Positions 38,023 through 49,028 of a stretch of 64,000 nucleotides of DNA are shown piece after piece; the first letter of the stretch is position 1; each line of letters starts with the position of its first letter. The DNA is from Promethearchaeota archaeon (GTDB lineage: Archaea > Asgardarchaeota > Lokiarchaeia > Sigyniarchaeales > SOKP01): the NCBI GenBank assembly GCA_016839555.1, contig JAEOUA010000010.1:352001-416000 (forward strand). The letters run 5' to 3'. Position numbers and translations under genes: made by a program. The notes beneath the pieces were generated by a model. That model ran no database searches. It worked only from the letters and a program-made list of their open reading frames with translations, and was not told the DNA's origin.

Positions 38023-38577
38023 ATGGAAAATAATATGTCAGCAGAGGGACATTGGCTCCTAAAAATTGCGATTCTAGGAGATGATGCAGTTGGCAAAACG
38101 TCAATAGTTAGCCAATTCGTCGATAATACTTTTAGAGAGGATTATAAAGCAACAATCGGGACTAATATTTTGGATAAAGATTTAAAGTTCCCAGAATTAA
38201 ATGCAAGTGCTAAATTGGTGCTCTGGGATATTGCCGGGCAAACACAATACGAAAAGGTCCGGCCCGGATATTATGAAGGCTGTTCTGGAGCATTATTAGT
38301 GTATGACATCACTCGATCCACCTCTTTTGAAAATATCCCCACTAAATGGTTAATGGATTATAAGAATTTTGTAACTAAAGATCAAATCTATATCTTAATA
38401 GGAAATAAAAATGACTTAGACAATCAGAGGGAAGTAAATAAAGAAGATGGGGAAAAAATGGCAAAAGAGATAGAAGCAATCGAATTCTTAGAGACTAGTG
38501 CGAAATTTGGCGTGAATGTTGATAAAGCTTTTATAAAATTAGCTAAAGAGATTATTAAAGTAAAAATTTCAACCTAA
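38023..38577 (+). CDS. Rab-like small GTPase
   Basis: G1 GDDAVGKTS, G2 YKATIG, G3 WDIAGQ, YYEG, VYDIT, G4 NKND, G5 ETSAK. No C-terminal Cys. Confidence 0.95.
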   Translation: MENNMSAEGHWLLKIAILGDDAVGKTSIVSQFVDNTFREDYKATIGTNILDKDLKFPELNASAKLVLWDIAGQTQYEKVRPGYYEGCSGALLVYDITRSTSFENIPTKWLMDYKNFVTKDQIYILIGNKNDLDNQREVNKEDGEKMAKEIEAIEFLETSAKFGVNVDKAFIKLAKEIIKVKIST

Positions 38578-38823
38578 AAATGATTTGAATTCTTATTATT
38601 AAATTTAATTGCCATTTTCTTAATAAGCTATATTAATTGATTAATAATGTAAATATAAGGAGATCCTAGTTTTTATATCAATTCCTTCTTGGATGAAAAA
38701 TAATATTCTTTATCATATTTAGTAATAGTAATAAATGGACTCCATTTTATTCTTATTTCTAGTAAGCTATTAATTAAATAAGCAAATCAATACTAAGATA
38801 ATATAAAAAATTGGTGAATAATT

Positions 38824-39285
38824 ATTATAGAACAACAAGGAAGAGTATTTATCCAATTTTCTAATTGGTTTTTCCAACAACCCTTATTTGCTCAAATCTT
38901 AACTACAATAGGTATTTTTGCCCTCACACTATTGATTCTTATAGCAGTTTATTATATAATTAAAGGTATCTACTTATTAATAAAGAAGATAATTCATAAA
39001 ATAAAGAAAAGGGTTGAAAGACGTTCAAATCGTCCACTCCAGCTAGCAAGAAATCCTTATATTTCAGTTAATCAAAAGACCCCAGAAAGTAAGCAACTTC
39101 AAAGAATTGAAGAATCAAAAAAGAAGGAAATAATTGTTCATTATCCTAAGCGCGTTAAATATTGTTCTGAATGTGGAATGGAATTTTCCGATAAGGTCAG
39201 AAATATATTAAACTCGAGGGGGAGCGCATATTGTGAATATTGCGGTAAAATTCATAAAGTATTGGAACAATCAATAGAAAGTTAA
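38824..39285 (+). CDS. membrane-anchored zinc-ribbon protein
   Basis: TM segment, basic linker, CSEC...CEYC. The frame is open from 38818; the track's TTG 38932 falls inside the TM, so the true start is probably upstream (exact codon uncertain). Confidence 0.65.
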   Translation: MIEQQGRVFIQFSNWFFQQPLFAQILTTIGIFALTLLILIAVYYIIKGIYLLIKKIIHKIKKRVERRSNRPLQLARNPYISVNQKTPESKQLQRIEESKKKEIIVHYPKRVKYCSECGMEFSDKVRNILNSRGSAYCEYCGKIHKVLEQSIES

Positions 39286-39529
39286 GTTCGAATTCTTTTT
39301 TTATTCTTTTTATCATTAAAATAGGAATTTTTGTGGTAAGAATTTAAGAATAATCTTATTTGCTTTATCTGATATTTTAACTCCACTTAAAAATACTTAA
39401 GCAATACTAAAAAATATACTGAAATTTTTTGGAAGATCACGAAGACTATCTTAATGATATACATTAAGATATAAATAGGACTTAAGTTCAAACATTATAT
39501 ACACATAAAATAAAAATTTTTTAACTAAA

Positions 39530-40924
39530 ATGTCAACTATGAGCAATAAAGAAGATCTCTCAAAAAAGAAATATTCTACATGGATTCATTTCTCTTTTAA
39601 TTTATCCATGGTAATGTTGCCTGCTACTTATGGCTTTTTTTCGACTCATTTCTTTTATTTCTATGAAAAAGTGGTGCTCTTACCGGTGTTGCTTGTTGGA
39701 TTGGCAAATGTAATTTTTGTTATTTGGGATTCTATTAATGATCCTCTTATTGGTTTTTTCTCAGACCGTCCCAATCGCTTCACTAAAAGATATGGGAGAC
39801 GCTTCCCATTTATAATGATCTTTGGCATTCCCACAGTTGTGTCCTTGGTATTACTTTTTACTCCACTTCCGATTGATGGGCAATCTATGCCATGGCTAAT
39901 TTTTATTTGGATGTTGATTTGGTTATTATTACATGAATTTGGATATACCGCAGTAAGTCTTGCGCGAGCATTATTTCCTGAAAAATTTCGATCAGATAAA
40001 GAGCGTAGAAAAAATGCGGGTATTGGAATTGTGACATACAACATTGGATTATTCTTAGGGCTTATTATTCCTTTTATTTTTGTGTGGAAGAGTGATGCGA
40101 TGTCCTACCTCATTGCAGTATTAATCTTAACCATTCCCTGTCTTATTAGTTTTTTTCTGGGTATTCCCGGAATTCGTGAAGACCCTGAAATGATAGAAAG
40201 GAGTCTCAGAGCAGAAACAGAACCCTTTCTCACAACAGTAAAAAAAGCATTAAAAAAAAGGAATTTTGTGGTGTTTACTTTTGTAAATATTTGTATACAA
40301 CTTTTTGCGGCTCTTATGTTAGCCTCAATTAATTATTGGGTAGAATCAGTCTTATTGCTTCCTGAAGGTTCTCAAGCAGACGTAATTTTAATGATTTTAT
40401 GGTTCTTAGCAGGTTTAGCTTCAGTAATTTTATGGATAAAATTTGCCGAAAAATTTGGTAATAAAAAAACACAATTAATCGGCTTAATCGCAACGATTAT
40501 CGTATTAATTCCCGTTCTTTTTATCAGATCTTTATTAGGTGCTTTTATAACTTTCGCAATTTTAGGAGTTGCAGTAGGTTCTAATACTTTCATAAAATAT
40601 CCTGTTTTTGGGGATATCATTGATGAAATCACTTTGGATGAAAAAAAGAGACAAGAAGGTATGTATCAAGGTGTGTTAGTCTTTTTTGACAGAATTGGAA
40701 TTCTACTCCAGCCAATCATCTTTACGGTAGTTCATATACTCACAGCGTACGATCCTACCACTGCAGTCCAATCTCCACTAGCACAACAGGGAATTCTAGC
40801 TGCAATGACATGGATACCCGCTATCTTTTTAATTTTTGCTGCATTGCTTTTCTGGAAATTTTATGATTTAACTCCTGAAAAAAGTGAAGAATTAAAGAGA
40901 AAAGTAGAAGAATTAAAACTTTAA
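39530..40924 (+). CDS. MFS transporter, GPH (MelB-like) family
   Basis: WDSINDPLIGFFSDR...RYGRRFPF, GDIIDE...RQEGMY; 12 TM. Confidence 0.92.
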   Translation: MSTMSNKEDLSKKKYSTWIHFSFNLSMVMLPATYGFFSTHFFYFYEKVVLLPVLLVGLANVIFVIWDSINDPLIGFFSDRPNRFTKRYGRRFPFIMIFGIPTVVSLVLLFTPLPIDGQSMPWLIFIWMLIWLLLHEFGYTAVSLARALFPEKFRSDKERRKNAGIGIVTYNIGLFLGLIIPFIFVWKSDAMSYLIAVLILTIPCLISFFLGIPGIREDPEMIERSLRAETEPFLTTVKKALKKRNFVVFTFVNICIQLFAALMLASINYWVESVLLLPEGSQADVILMILWFLAGLASVILWIKFAEKFGNKKTQLIGLIATIIVLIPVLFIRSLLGAFITFAILGVAVGSNTFIKYPVFGDIIDEITLDEKKRQEGMYQGVLVFFDRIGILLQPIIFTVVHILTAYDPTTAVQSPLAQQGILAAMTWIPAIFLIFAALLFWKFYDLTPEKSEELKRKVEELKL

Positions 40925-40966
40925 TTTTTTTTATTTTTATATTCATTATATTATTAGGAAAACTAC

Positions 40967-42562
40967 GTGTCTAATTTGGATATTATTATAAAAAATGGAA
41001 AAATTGTAGATGGTTCGGGAAATTCTTGGAAGGTTGGCACTATTGGAATAAAAGGAGAGAAGATAGAAAAAATTAGCATGAAAATAGAGGATGACGCTGA
41101 AAAAATTATAGATGCCAAAGGATTAATAGTCTGTCCGGGATTTATAGATTCACATACCCACTCTGATTTAGCATCAATCACAGACAAACAAGCATTTAAT
41201 TATATAACACAAGGAGTTACTACAAATGTTATAGGAAATTGCGGTTGGAGTGCTGCTCCAATCAATAAAGCAACAGTAAAGGATTTATTATCATTAGTCG
41301 CTCCTGATTTAGATGTTGATTTAACAAAGCTTTGGGAAAGTTTTGGAGATTTTCTTAATTTTATTGAGGGATTAAAATTAACAATTAATTTAGTCCCCTT
41401 AATTGGGCATGGAACGCTCCGGATAGCAGTAATGGGGCTTGATAACAAAGAGCCTACTCCAGAAGAATTAAATGAAATGAAATTGCTTGTGGAAAATGCA
41501 ATGAAATCGGGGGCATTTGGTCTTTCCGCAGGATTAGAATATATCCCAGGTTTATTTGCCAAACCGAAGGAATTAATTGAATTATGTAAAGTAGTATCTA
41601 AATATAATGGTATTTTCACTATACATACTAGGAATGAAGGCGATTTAGGAGATAAAGCTATTGAAGAAGCAATTAATATAGCCGAACAATCTGGAGTTTC
41701 CCTTGAGATTTCGCACTTAAAATTAGATGGAAAACGAAATTGGGGTAAAGCAGATGAAAGATTAGCCCTATTAGAAAAAGCACGAGCAAAGGGTATAGAA
41801 GTGACCACAGATGTGTATCCTTATACCTTTTGTATGACAAGTCTCCATGCTCTTCTTCCAAATTGGTTATTCGACCAAGGATTAGAAGCAGTTTTACAAA
41901 AATTAGAGGACGAAGAAATTCAACATAAGCTAGAAGAATATTATCAAAATGGAACTTCAATGTTAGCGCCTTCTGAGGAAAAAGATTGGGATAGGGTTAT
42001 CTTAAAGAATTCAAAAAATCCCCAATTTAGAGGTAAATCTCTCTTAGAAATTTCGAAAAATATAGAAAAAAACATAATTGAAACCTTAAAAACTATTATT
42101 AAATCTGACGGTTTAGCGGGAATGGTAGTGCTTAAGGGAATGAATGAAAAGGATGTATTAAAAATCGCGGAGCATCCACTTTCCATGGTTGGATCAGACG
42201 GAGAAGTAAAAAAAAGAGAAGATGAAGATATTCATCCTCGTTATTATGGTACATTTCCTCGCTTTTTGAAAATGATGGTATATGATAATAACATATTGAC
42301 ACTTGAAGAAGCAATAAGAAAGATGACTTCCTTCCCAGCAAATAAATTTAACTTGAAAAATAGAGGGCTCTTAAAAGAGGGATATTTTGCGGATATTACT
42401 GTTTTCAATCCAAAAACCTTGAAAGATAATGCCACACTTGAAGAGCCAAATAGGATCTCTGAAGGTATCGAATATGTTATAATTAACGGGAAGGTTGTGT
42501 ATGAACAAGGAGAGGCTCGACGGAAATATCCAGGAAAGATAATCAGAAAGCAGTTAAAATAA
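40967..42562 (+). CDS. N-acyl-D-amino-acid deacylase (D-aminoacylase family amidohydrolase)
   Basis: PGFIDSHTHSD, GVTTNVIGNCG, HTRNEG, SHLK, DVYPY, GSDG, HPRYYGTFPR. Confidence 0.9.
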   Translation: MSNLDIIIKNGKIVDGSGNSWKVGTIGIKGEKIEKISMKIEDDAEKIIDAKGLIVCPGFIDSHTHSDLASITDKQAFNYITQGVTTNVIGNCGWSAAPINKATVKDLLSLVAPDLDVDLTKLWESFGDFLNFIEGLKLTINLVPLIGHGTLRIAVMGLDNKEPTPEELNEMKLLVENAMKSGAFGLSAGLEYIPGLFAKPKELIELCKVVSKYNGIFTIHTRNEGDLGDKAIEEAINIAEQSGVSLEISHLKLDGKRNWGKADERLALLEKARAKGIEVTTDVYPYTFCMTSLHALLPNWLFDQGLEAVLQKLEDEEIQHKLEEYYQNGTSMLAPSEEKDWDRVILKNSKNPQFRGKSLLEISKNIEKNIIETLKTIIKSDGLAGMVVLKGMNEKDVLKIAEHPLSMVGSDGEVKKREDEDIHPRYYGTFPRFLKMMVYDNNILTLEEAIRKMTSFPANKFNLKNRGLLKEGYFADITVFNPKTLKDNATLEEPNRISEGIEYVIINGKVVYEQGEARRKYPGKIIRKQLK

Positions 42563-42635
42563 TGAAAAATAGAGAGAAAAAAAGATAATTCCTAAATTAA
42601 AAAATTTTAAAATACTTTTTTTTTCAATTAATTTT

Positions 42636-43763
42636 TTACCAATCAATTGGTTTATATTCTTGTAAAGGCAAATCAATAACTTTATTTAAGCGCTGCGATT
42701 CATATGATGCCAAAACAATTTCTAACCCGGCCCTTCCGTCATAGATGGTTGGTACCCAATCTAATGGAAATCCAACATCCTCATTTGAACGCCCCAAAAC
42801 CCGATTTACAAAAGTACGAATTTCGCGGGCATAAGCTAGATCCCCGGCATCTTTAGAAAAAGATATCTTTTTTTTCGAAGGTTTAGCCAATTTGTTTTGC
42901 CTTGAAAACAATGTGATTTTTGAAGGTTTCCTTTTATATTCATTAGGAACGTCAAAATAATAAGTACCTTCAGTACCATGAACTCTTCCCATTTCTTCTC
43001 CATATACTCCACCAAAAAATGCTTCCGAGCGTTCAAATATTGCAGTTGCCTCATTTTCTTTAAATGATAATAAAACCATGGAATGATCTTCATTCACTCT
43101 ATTTTCATTGATTCGTCGTATTTTGGCGCTTACATCCTTTACATCTCCGAACCACCATCTAAATAAATCAAAGTAATGCGGACCATGATCCAGAAGATCA
43201 CCTCCTCCGCAGCGGTTGTCTGATAATCTCCACATTCCTATCTCTTGAATTAAATCTTTTCTTGGATTTCTCCCGAGATCCGGCATGGAATGATACCAAA
43301 ACACAGATGCGTGAAATACATCCCCTATTTCCTTTTCAACAATTTTTTCCTTGATATATTGGAAGCCTAAATCAAATCTCTTTTGCGTAGCTGTTTGAAA
43401 AACAATTTTATTTTTTTCTACTACATTAATCATCCTATCAACTTCTTTTAAGCTTGTACCAAGTGGTTTTTCACATATAATATTTAAACCATTATTGGCA
43501 GCTCTCATTGCTTGTTCAGCATGAGCCCAGTGTGGGGAGCATATACTAATCGCGTCTATATCCGGATCGTCAATTAAATCATTTGGATCTTCATAAGTTT
43601 TTGGTACATTATAAAGATTTTGAACCTTTTTAAGATGTGCCTTAAGTGGATCAGAGATGGCCCATATTTCTGCGTAAGGAGATTCGTGGTATGCTGGTAA
43701 ATGCCCGATATTTGCGACCATTCCACATCCTATTAAGCCAATTTTGAGTTTATTAGATGCCAT
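42636..43763 (-). CDS. Gfo/Idh/MocA family oxidoreductase
   Basis: IGCGMVA, CEKP, GGGDLLDHGPH. Confidence 0.92.
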   Translation of the reverse strand: MASNKLKIGLIGCGMVANIGHLPAYHESPYAEIWAISDPLKAHLKKVQNLYNVPKTYEDPNDLIDDPDIDAISICSPHWAHAEQAMRAANNGLNIICEKPLGTSLKEVDRMINVVEKNKIVFQTATQKRFDLGFQYIKEKIVEKEIGDVFHASVFWYHSMPDLGRNPRKDLIQEIGMWRLSDNRCGGGDLLDHGPHYFDLFRWWFGDVKDVSAKIRRINENRVNEDHSMVLLSFKENEATAIFERSEAFFGGVYGEEMGRVHGTEGTYYFDVPNEYKRKPSKITLFSRQNKLAKPSKKKISFSKDAGDLAYAREIRTFVNRVLGRSNEDVGFPLDWVPTIYDGRAGLEIVLASYESQRLNKVIDLPLQEYKPIDW

Positions 43764-43849
43764 TTTAAATTTTAATATTTTATTATCAAATTCTTATTTT
43801 AATTCGAAGAAAGAAAACAATCATGAAATAAATAATTTATCGAATCAGT

Positions 43850-44923
43850 TTATTCATTAACATATCTTTTTTCGATAAAGGGGCTGGTCATTGCTCTCAA
43901 GACCGATTCATAACTCATATTGAATTTAATTTTATCTCCAACCTTAAATTTATTATTTTTTACATCAATAATTAGATAATCACTTGAGGCACCTAATATT
44001 TGAATGTCTGCTATTGGAACCAATCCTGTTTCCAAAATATCTTGTCTTCCGATATTTAATAGTGCTTGCGTTCTAAAACCCTTTCCTCTGATTTTTTTAT
44101 TTTTAAAGATGGAAGGTTCACCGAAAGCATTTGTTTTAAATTTACCTTTAGGAGTTTTTGGTTTTTTATCTAATTGAATTATTTCTCCCACAAGTGTAAA
44201 TATATCTTGCTCTAATTCAGCAATTGGGCTATCTTTAATTGATTCCAGCCCCATTAAAATCGCTGTACCCAATCTTAGATTATTGATTATGCCAATGTTT
44301 TTGGAAGACATAACCCAATTATAATTTGCTGAATTTCCACCAGAAATGAATTTTAATTTAATCCCAAACTGATTTTGGATATTTTCAGCAATATTGGAGA
44401 ATTCCATCATATTAGTATCATCAGGAATTACTCCGGCAAAGCATTTTAAATTTGTTCCTATTCCAAGTAATTCAACTCCTTCTAATTTGAGCGTTTCCTT
44501 AAAAATGGAGTCTAATTTATCGGGCATAATGCCTTCCCTTAGATCTCCCATTTCTAGCATTAAAATGATGCAATGTTGTTTATTCTGCCTCTTTGCTTCT
44601 TCAGAAAGCATCCTTATTACTTTTAGTTCTGAATTTAAGCTCATATCCGTAAATTTAATCACCTGCTTAATTTCTGAAACGGCAGGATTTCTAATTAAAA
44701 TAAATTTTGCTTTAATTCCCGCCTCTCTCATTTTTATAATATTATTTATCCTGGAATCCCCAATATATTCAATATCTGCATCAACAATTGTTTTCGCTAT
44801 TCTAGGATCTCCTAAAACAAGTTTAGTTATCGCAAAAATAGAAATTCCTTTCTTTTCTAGTATTTTTTTTAAGAATTTCGCATTATTACGAATTTTTTCC
44901 AAATTAATTTCAATATAAGCCAG
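43850..44923 (-). CDS. alanine/ornithine racemase family PLP enzyme
   Basis: EINLEKIRNN, ITK (PLP Lys), GDSR, NSE, MGDLREG, GTNLKCF, SGGNS, GASSD. Start extended from TTG 44902 to the in-frame CTG 44923. Confidence 0.85.
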   Translation of the reverse strand: MAYIEINLEKIRNNAKFLKKILEKKGISIFAITKLVLGDPRIAKTIVDADIEYIGDSRINNIIKMREAGIKAKFILIRNPAVSEIKQVIKFTDMSLNSELKVIRMLSEEAKRQNKQHCIILMLEMGDLREGIMPDKLDSIFKETLKLEGVELLGIGTNLKCFAGVIPDDTNMMEFSNIAENIQNQFGIKLKFISGGNSANYNWVMSSKNIGIINNLRLGTAILMGLESIKDSPIAELEQDIFTLVGEIIQLDKKPKTPKGKFKTNAFGEPSIFKNKKIRGKGFRTQALLNIGRQDILETGLVPIADIQILGASSDYLIIDVKNNKFKVGDKIKFNMSYESVLRAMTSPFIEKRYVNE

Positions 44924-45049
44924 TTGAAATCACTATAAATTATATTGCTTATTCTTTTAAATTAAGACTCTTACTTATAAATTTCATTTAATCAAAATCT
45001 AAAAGGTATAGGAATAAATTTATTTTTAGATTATCTATTTACATTAAGA

Positions 45050-46021
45050 ATGAAAATTAATGCAATTCTCTTAAATCCGACAATAGATATAATTTATGAA
45101 ATAGATGATTTTAAAGTCGGAGGAACTTTCAAAGTTAAAAAAAAGGAAATATTTCCAGTGGGCAAGGCCATATCATTCTCATTAGCAGCACGAGAATTGG
45201 ATAAAAAGATCAGATTAAATGTTATAGCATTTATTGGAAAAAATGAGATAAATCTCTATAGGCGATTTTTAAGTTCTAAAAATATAGCTATTAAATTAAT
45301 TAAAATTGATGGAGAAACGCGCTCTAACAAAACTATTAATGATCCATTAAATCACACAACAACCCATATTAGAGAACGTGGATTTCAATTAAAAAAAAAT
45401 AAGATTCAAGAAATGAAAAAGATATTAGAAAAGGAGATAGAAAACGATGATCTGTGTGTTTTTTCTGGCTCTATCCCCCCAAAAACGGATGACCATATTT
45501 ATTATGACTTAATCCAATTAAGTAAGAAAAAAGGAGCAAAATGTGCCTTGGATTCAAGTGGAAAAGAATTAACTAATGGGATAAAGGCACACCCTCATAT
45601 AATAAAACCAAATTTAATAGAACTATCGCAAATATTGGACTTAGAGGAGTTAAGATCTTTAGAGTTTAAAGAACCTGAACAAGATTGCCGTAAGATAATT
45701 AAACAAGCTAAAACATTATTGAAGGATGGAATAGAAATTATTTTAATTACTTTAGGTGCAAAAGGTGCGATAATATTGACATCTAATTATGCATATTATG
45801 GAAAAATTGAAATTAAAAATGTTATTGACACTGTAGGATCAGGAGATTCGTTCTTAGCAGGTTTTTTAGTAACTTATATTCATAATAAAAATTTGGAAGA
45901 TTGCTTTAAATATGCTTTAGCTGCGGGTGCAGCAAATACGATGAAATATGGACCCGGTATATTCAATTTTGATTTAGTGAATCAATTAATAAGGAGAATA
46001 GAATTAATTAAGATAAATTAA
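45050..46021 (+). CDS. 1-phosphofructokinase-like PfkB family kinase
   Basis: LNPTID, GETR, SGSIP, DSSG, IKPNLIEL, TLGAKGA, DTVGSGDSF. Confidence 0.9.
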   Translation: MKINAILLNPTIDIIYEIDDFKVGGTFKVKKKEIFPVGKAISFSLAARELDKKIRLNVIAFIGKNEINLYRRFLSSKNIAIKLIKIDGETRSNKTINDPLNHTTTHIRERGFQLKKNKIQEMKKILEKEIENDDLCVFSGSIPPKTDDHIYYDLIQLSKKKGAKCALDSSGKELTNGIKAHPHIIKPNLIELSQILDLEELRSLEFKEPEQDCRKIIKQAKTLLKDGIEIILITLGAKGAIILTSNYAYYGKIEIKNVIDTVGSGDSFLAGFLVTYIHNKNLEDCFKYALAAGAANTMKYGPGIFNFDLVNQLIRRIELIKIN

Positions 46022-46059
46022 CAAAATTTAAGAAAAAACAATAGATTAAAAATTATATT

Positions 46060-47367
46060 TTAAAAAAAATCCTTCAAAACAATGGTATCTTCTCTTTCAG
46101 GACCAATTGAAAGCATTGCGATTTCTGTTTGTAATTGTTCAGCGATAAAATTAACATAATTCTTTATTTCTTTTGGCAAGCTTTCAAAGCCACTATTTGC
46201 AATTTCTGTCCACTCCTCTCTTGATCTCTGCTTCCATCCATTGAATATTTTATAGATGGGGGTACATTTTTTCACTTTTTCTGGATGAATTGGCCAAGTA
46301 TCTAAAGCCTTTCCTTCCATCTCATAGCCTATACATATATTTAAAGGATCTATTCCTTCAAGTGCGTCTAATAACATGATTGCTATATAATCTACTCCAT
46401 TAAGCATTACGGAATATTTTATATTGAATAGATCTAGCCATCCTACTCTTCGAGGCCTTCCAGTAGTCGTACCATATTCATTTCCTTGTTGTCTTATTTT
46501 ATCACCTATCTCATCTTTTAATTCAGTTGGAACAAACCCTTTTCCCACACGGGAAGTGTAAGCTTTTATTACTCCCAATATGGTTCCAATTTTCTTTGGA
46601 GATACCCCAGCACCGCTACAAATTCCTAATGCATTTGAATTTGAAGAGGTAACAAATGGATAAAATCCATGATCTATTCCCAGGAGGGTTCCTTGAGCAC
46701 CTTCAAAGATAACTTTCTTACCTGAATCTATAGCTTGATTTAAATAATAGGCAGTGTCGATAACATATGGTTTTAATTTCTCGCCATATTCTTTAAACTC
46801 ATCATAAATATCATTAAAATTAATATCCCAATCGGGATCATAACAATTGATGATCCTCTTCTTTATAAGATATAAATTTTTAAGTTTTTTCTTAAGGATT
46901 TTCGGATGAGTTAAATCAAAGATTCTTAAACCATAACGAGAAGCTTTATCAGCATACGTTGGACCGATTCCTCTTTTCGTAGTACCCACCCGGTATTCTG
47001 TTTTAGATTCTTCTTCGAGTCCATCAAGAATTCGATGAAAAGGGCAAATTACATGCGCGGTAGAACTTAATTTTAAGTTTATTTCCTTGTTATTTTCTCT
47101 TAAATTGTCCATTTCATTCAATAAAACTTTTGGATCAACCACACAACCATTTGCTATCATTACTTCTTTTTCTAATACGGCTCCAGATGGCATGATGTGG
47201 AATTTAAACTTTTTATTATTATGTACAACTGTATGTCCCGCATTATTTCCTCCTTGAAACCTTACTACTAAATCCGCTTTTTGAGCAAGATAATCAGTTA
47301 TTTTTCCTTTCCCTTCGTCTCCGAAACTGAGCCCGATTACGGCTATTGTGTTTTTATTATTTTTCAT
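46060..47367 (-). CDS. purA: adenylosuccinate synthetase
   Basis: FGDEGKGK, GGNNAGHT, GTTKRGIGP, EGAQG, YGTTTGRPRR. Confidence 0.98.
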   Translation of the reverse strand: MKNNKNTIAVIGLSFGDEGKGKITDYLAQKADLVVRFQGGNNAGHTVVHNNKKFKFHIMPSGAVLEKEVMIANGCVVDPKVLLNEMDNLRENNKEINLKLSSTAHVICPFHRILDGLEEESKTEYRVGTTKRGIGPTYADKASRYGLRIFDLTHPKILKKKLKNLYLIKKRIINCYDPDWDINFNDIYDEFKEYGEKLKPYVIDTAYYLNQAIDSGKKVIFEGAQGTLLGIDHGFYPFVTSSNSNALGICSGAGVSPKKIGTILGVIKAYTSRVGKGFVPTELKDEIGDKIRQQGNEYGTTTGRPRRVGWLDLFNIKYSVMLNGVDYIAIMLLDALEGIDPLNICIGYEMEGKALDTWPIHPEKVKKCTPIYKIFNGWKQRSREEWTEIANSGFESLPKEIKNYVNFIAEQLQTEIAMLSIGPEREDTIVLKDFF

Positions 47368-47890
47368 AAAACTTTTTCTCGAAGCAAGTTTGCTTATAAG
47401 TTTTGATTTATTAATATTAATGCTTAGTAATTCTGCGATAAGAAATCTATTTTAATCCAAAATTGAATATTAAGGAAATCTAAAAAATGTTTGCTTCTTT
47501 TTATTGATTTATAAAATAAAAAATCAAATCAAAAATTAAATGAGTTTAAAAAAGATTTTAATAATTATTTAGGAAAATTCCATTGAATTTAAGAAGTAGA
47601 GCAAACAAAATTATAAAACTGTTAGTCAGAGTCGCCTTTTTATAAGATTAAAAAATATTATTATTAAATCATATTTAATATTAGATTCTCTTTAACGCTG
47701 TTCTAAGAAATTTGCCCAATTATAAAAATTAAATAAAATTTAAGCCTCTATGAAAATTTTGAAGAAATTCTAAAAAGAATTATGAGTTTAAAATGATTTA
47801 TATAATAGTTTAGTATAAATCATACAAAGAAAAATTTATATATATTTTCGTCTAATATTTAAATGGTTTTAAAAAACCAGTGAATTTAAG

Positions 47891-48763
47891 ATGAAGATAT
47901 TAAAATTTAAAAAATTAGATAAATTGTTAATTCTTTTTTTGGTTGGGGTTATTGGGGTGTTTTCAGGGCTATTTAGCTTATCAACTCCCAGCTTCGTGAA
48001 CGAAAATAATTATAACTTAGCTCTTATAAACCCAAACTTCAGTGTTATTCACACAGCGCAAGGATATTATAACGATTCCCAACATGATTTTTATGAAGCT
48101 ACTTATTGTTATCCTATACCTAGTAATATGGAACCTGATCAAATGTATGATTTAAAGAATGTTACTTGGGATGGTAATTATCAAATCAACCTGTCGGTTT
48201 ATGGAATATTAAAAGCATCTGATGGGAATATGACAGCTGATCCTTTTGAACTCCACTTTGGATTGATCATGGATATCACCTACACAATTGTCATAGGGAC
48301 GTATTATGATGATGATAATGATGAGATAAGAGCCTATATTGAAAAGATTAATTGGCAACCTTATGTAACATGGAGTTATTGGAATGGTTCAGGTTGGGTT
48401 GATTCCCGATCTAAGATGAATAATGCTGGGGACACTAATTGGGATGTCTGTGATAATAATCCTGATGATAGTTCAATGATCTCTATTAAAATCCCTGGTG
48501 GGACAGGTTTTAACACAAGTGTTTTTTTTTATGGGAAATCTAGGATACATCTTCAGAGTGGCTACGCAGAAGACTTTATCCCTATTGGTCCATGCGAACA
48601 ACAAATGGAATTAGAATCACTTCTAATTTTACAAGCACTAACCCAAGAACCTGAGTCTACCGCGATTCCAAGCTATCCCCCAATGATGATCTCAATAACT
48701 TTAATGATAATCATTAGTATTATATGGATCTCATTGAAGAAAAAGAGCATTGATTATAACTAA
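47891..48763 (+). CDS. secreted protein with Loki-CTERM-like anchor
   Basis: Signal peptide, D/N-rich beta ectodomain, C-terminal IPSY + TM + KKK. Confidence 0.7.
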   Translation: MKILKFKKLDKLLILFLVGVIGVFSGLFSLSTPSFVNENNYNLALINPNFSVIHTAQGYYNDSQHDFYEATYCYPIPSNMEPDQMYDLKNVTWDGNYQINLSVYGILKASDGNMTADPFELHFGLIMDITYTIVIGTYYDDDNDEIRAYIEKINWQPYVTWSYWNGSGWVDSRSKMNNAGDTNWDVCDNNPDDSSMISIKIPGGTGFNTSVFFYGKSRIHLQSGYAEDFIPIGPCEQQMELESLLILQALTQEPESTAIPSYPPMMISITLMIIISIIWISLKKKSIDYN

Positions 48764-49028
48764 AGGAATGTATTCTAATTCTAATTAATTTTAAACTTTT
48801 TTTTCATTTTTGATTTTTTTTAGATTTTACGCAAATTATCTTATTAAATTTCATCATTTTTTTAAATTTTAAACTAAAATAACAATTTTAATTTCTTCTT
48901 TTTTTTCTTATAAAGATTCAAAATCTCTTATTTTTTTATAATTTGATTCATCCAAGAGGTACTATATATTTTTATAGGTGTTTTGTCTTAAAAGAGATAG
49001 AATAATTTAAAATTTCTTCTTTATTAAT

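Noticed and set aside
47368-47890. Long intergenic region as a possible CRISPR array, ncRNA or MITE
   Set aside because: No repeat-spacer periodicity, terminal inverted repeats or stable helices are visible. It is consistent with a divergent promoter region.
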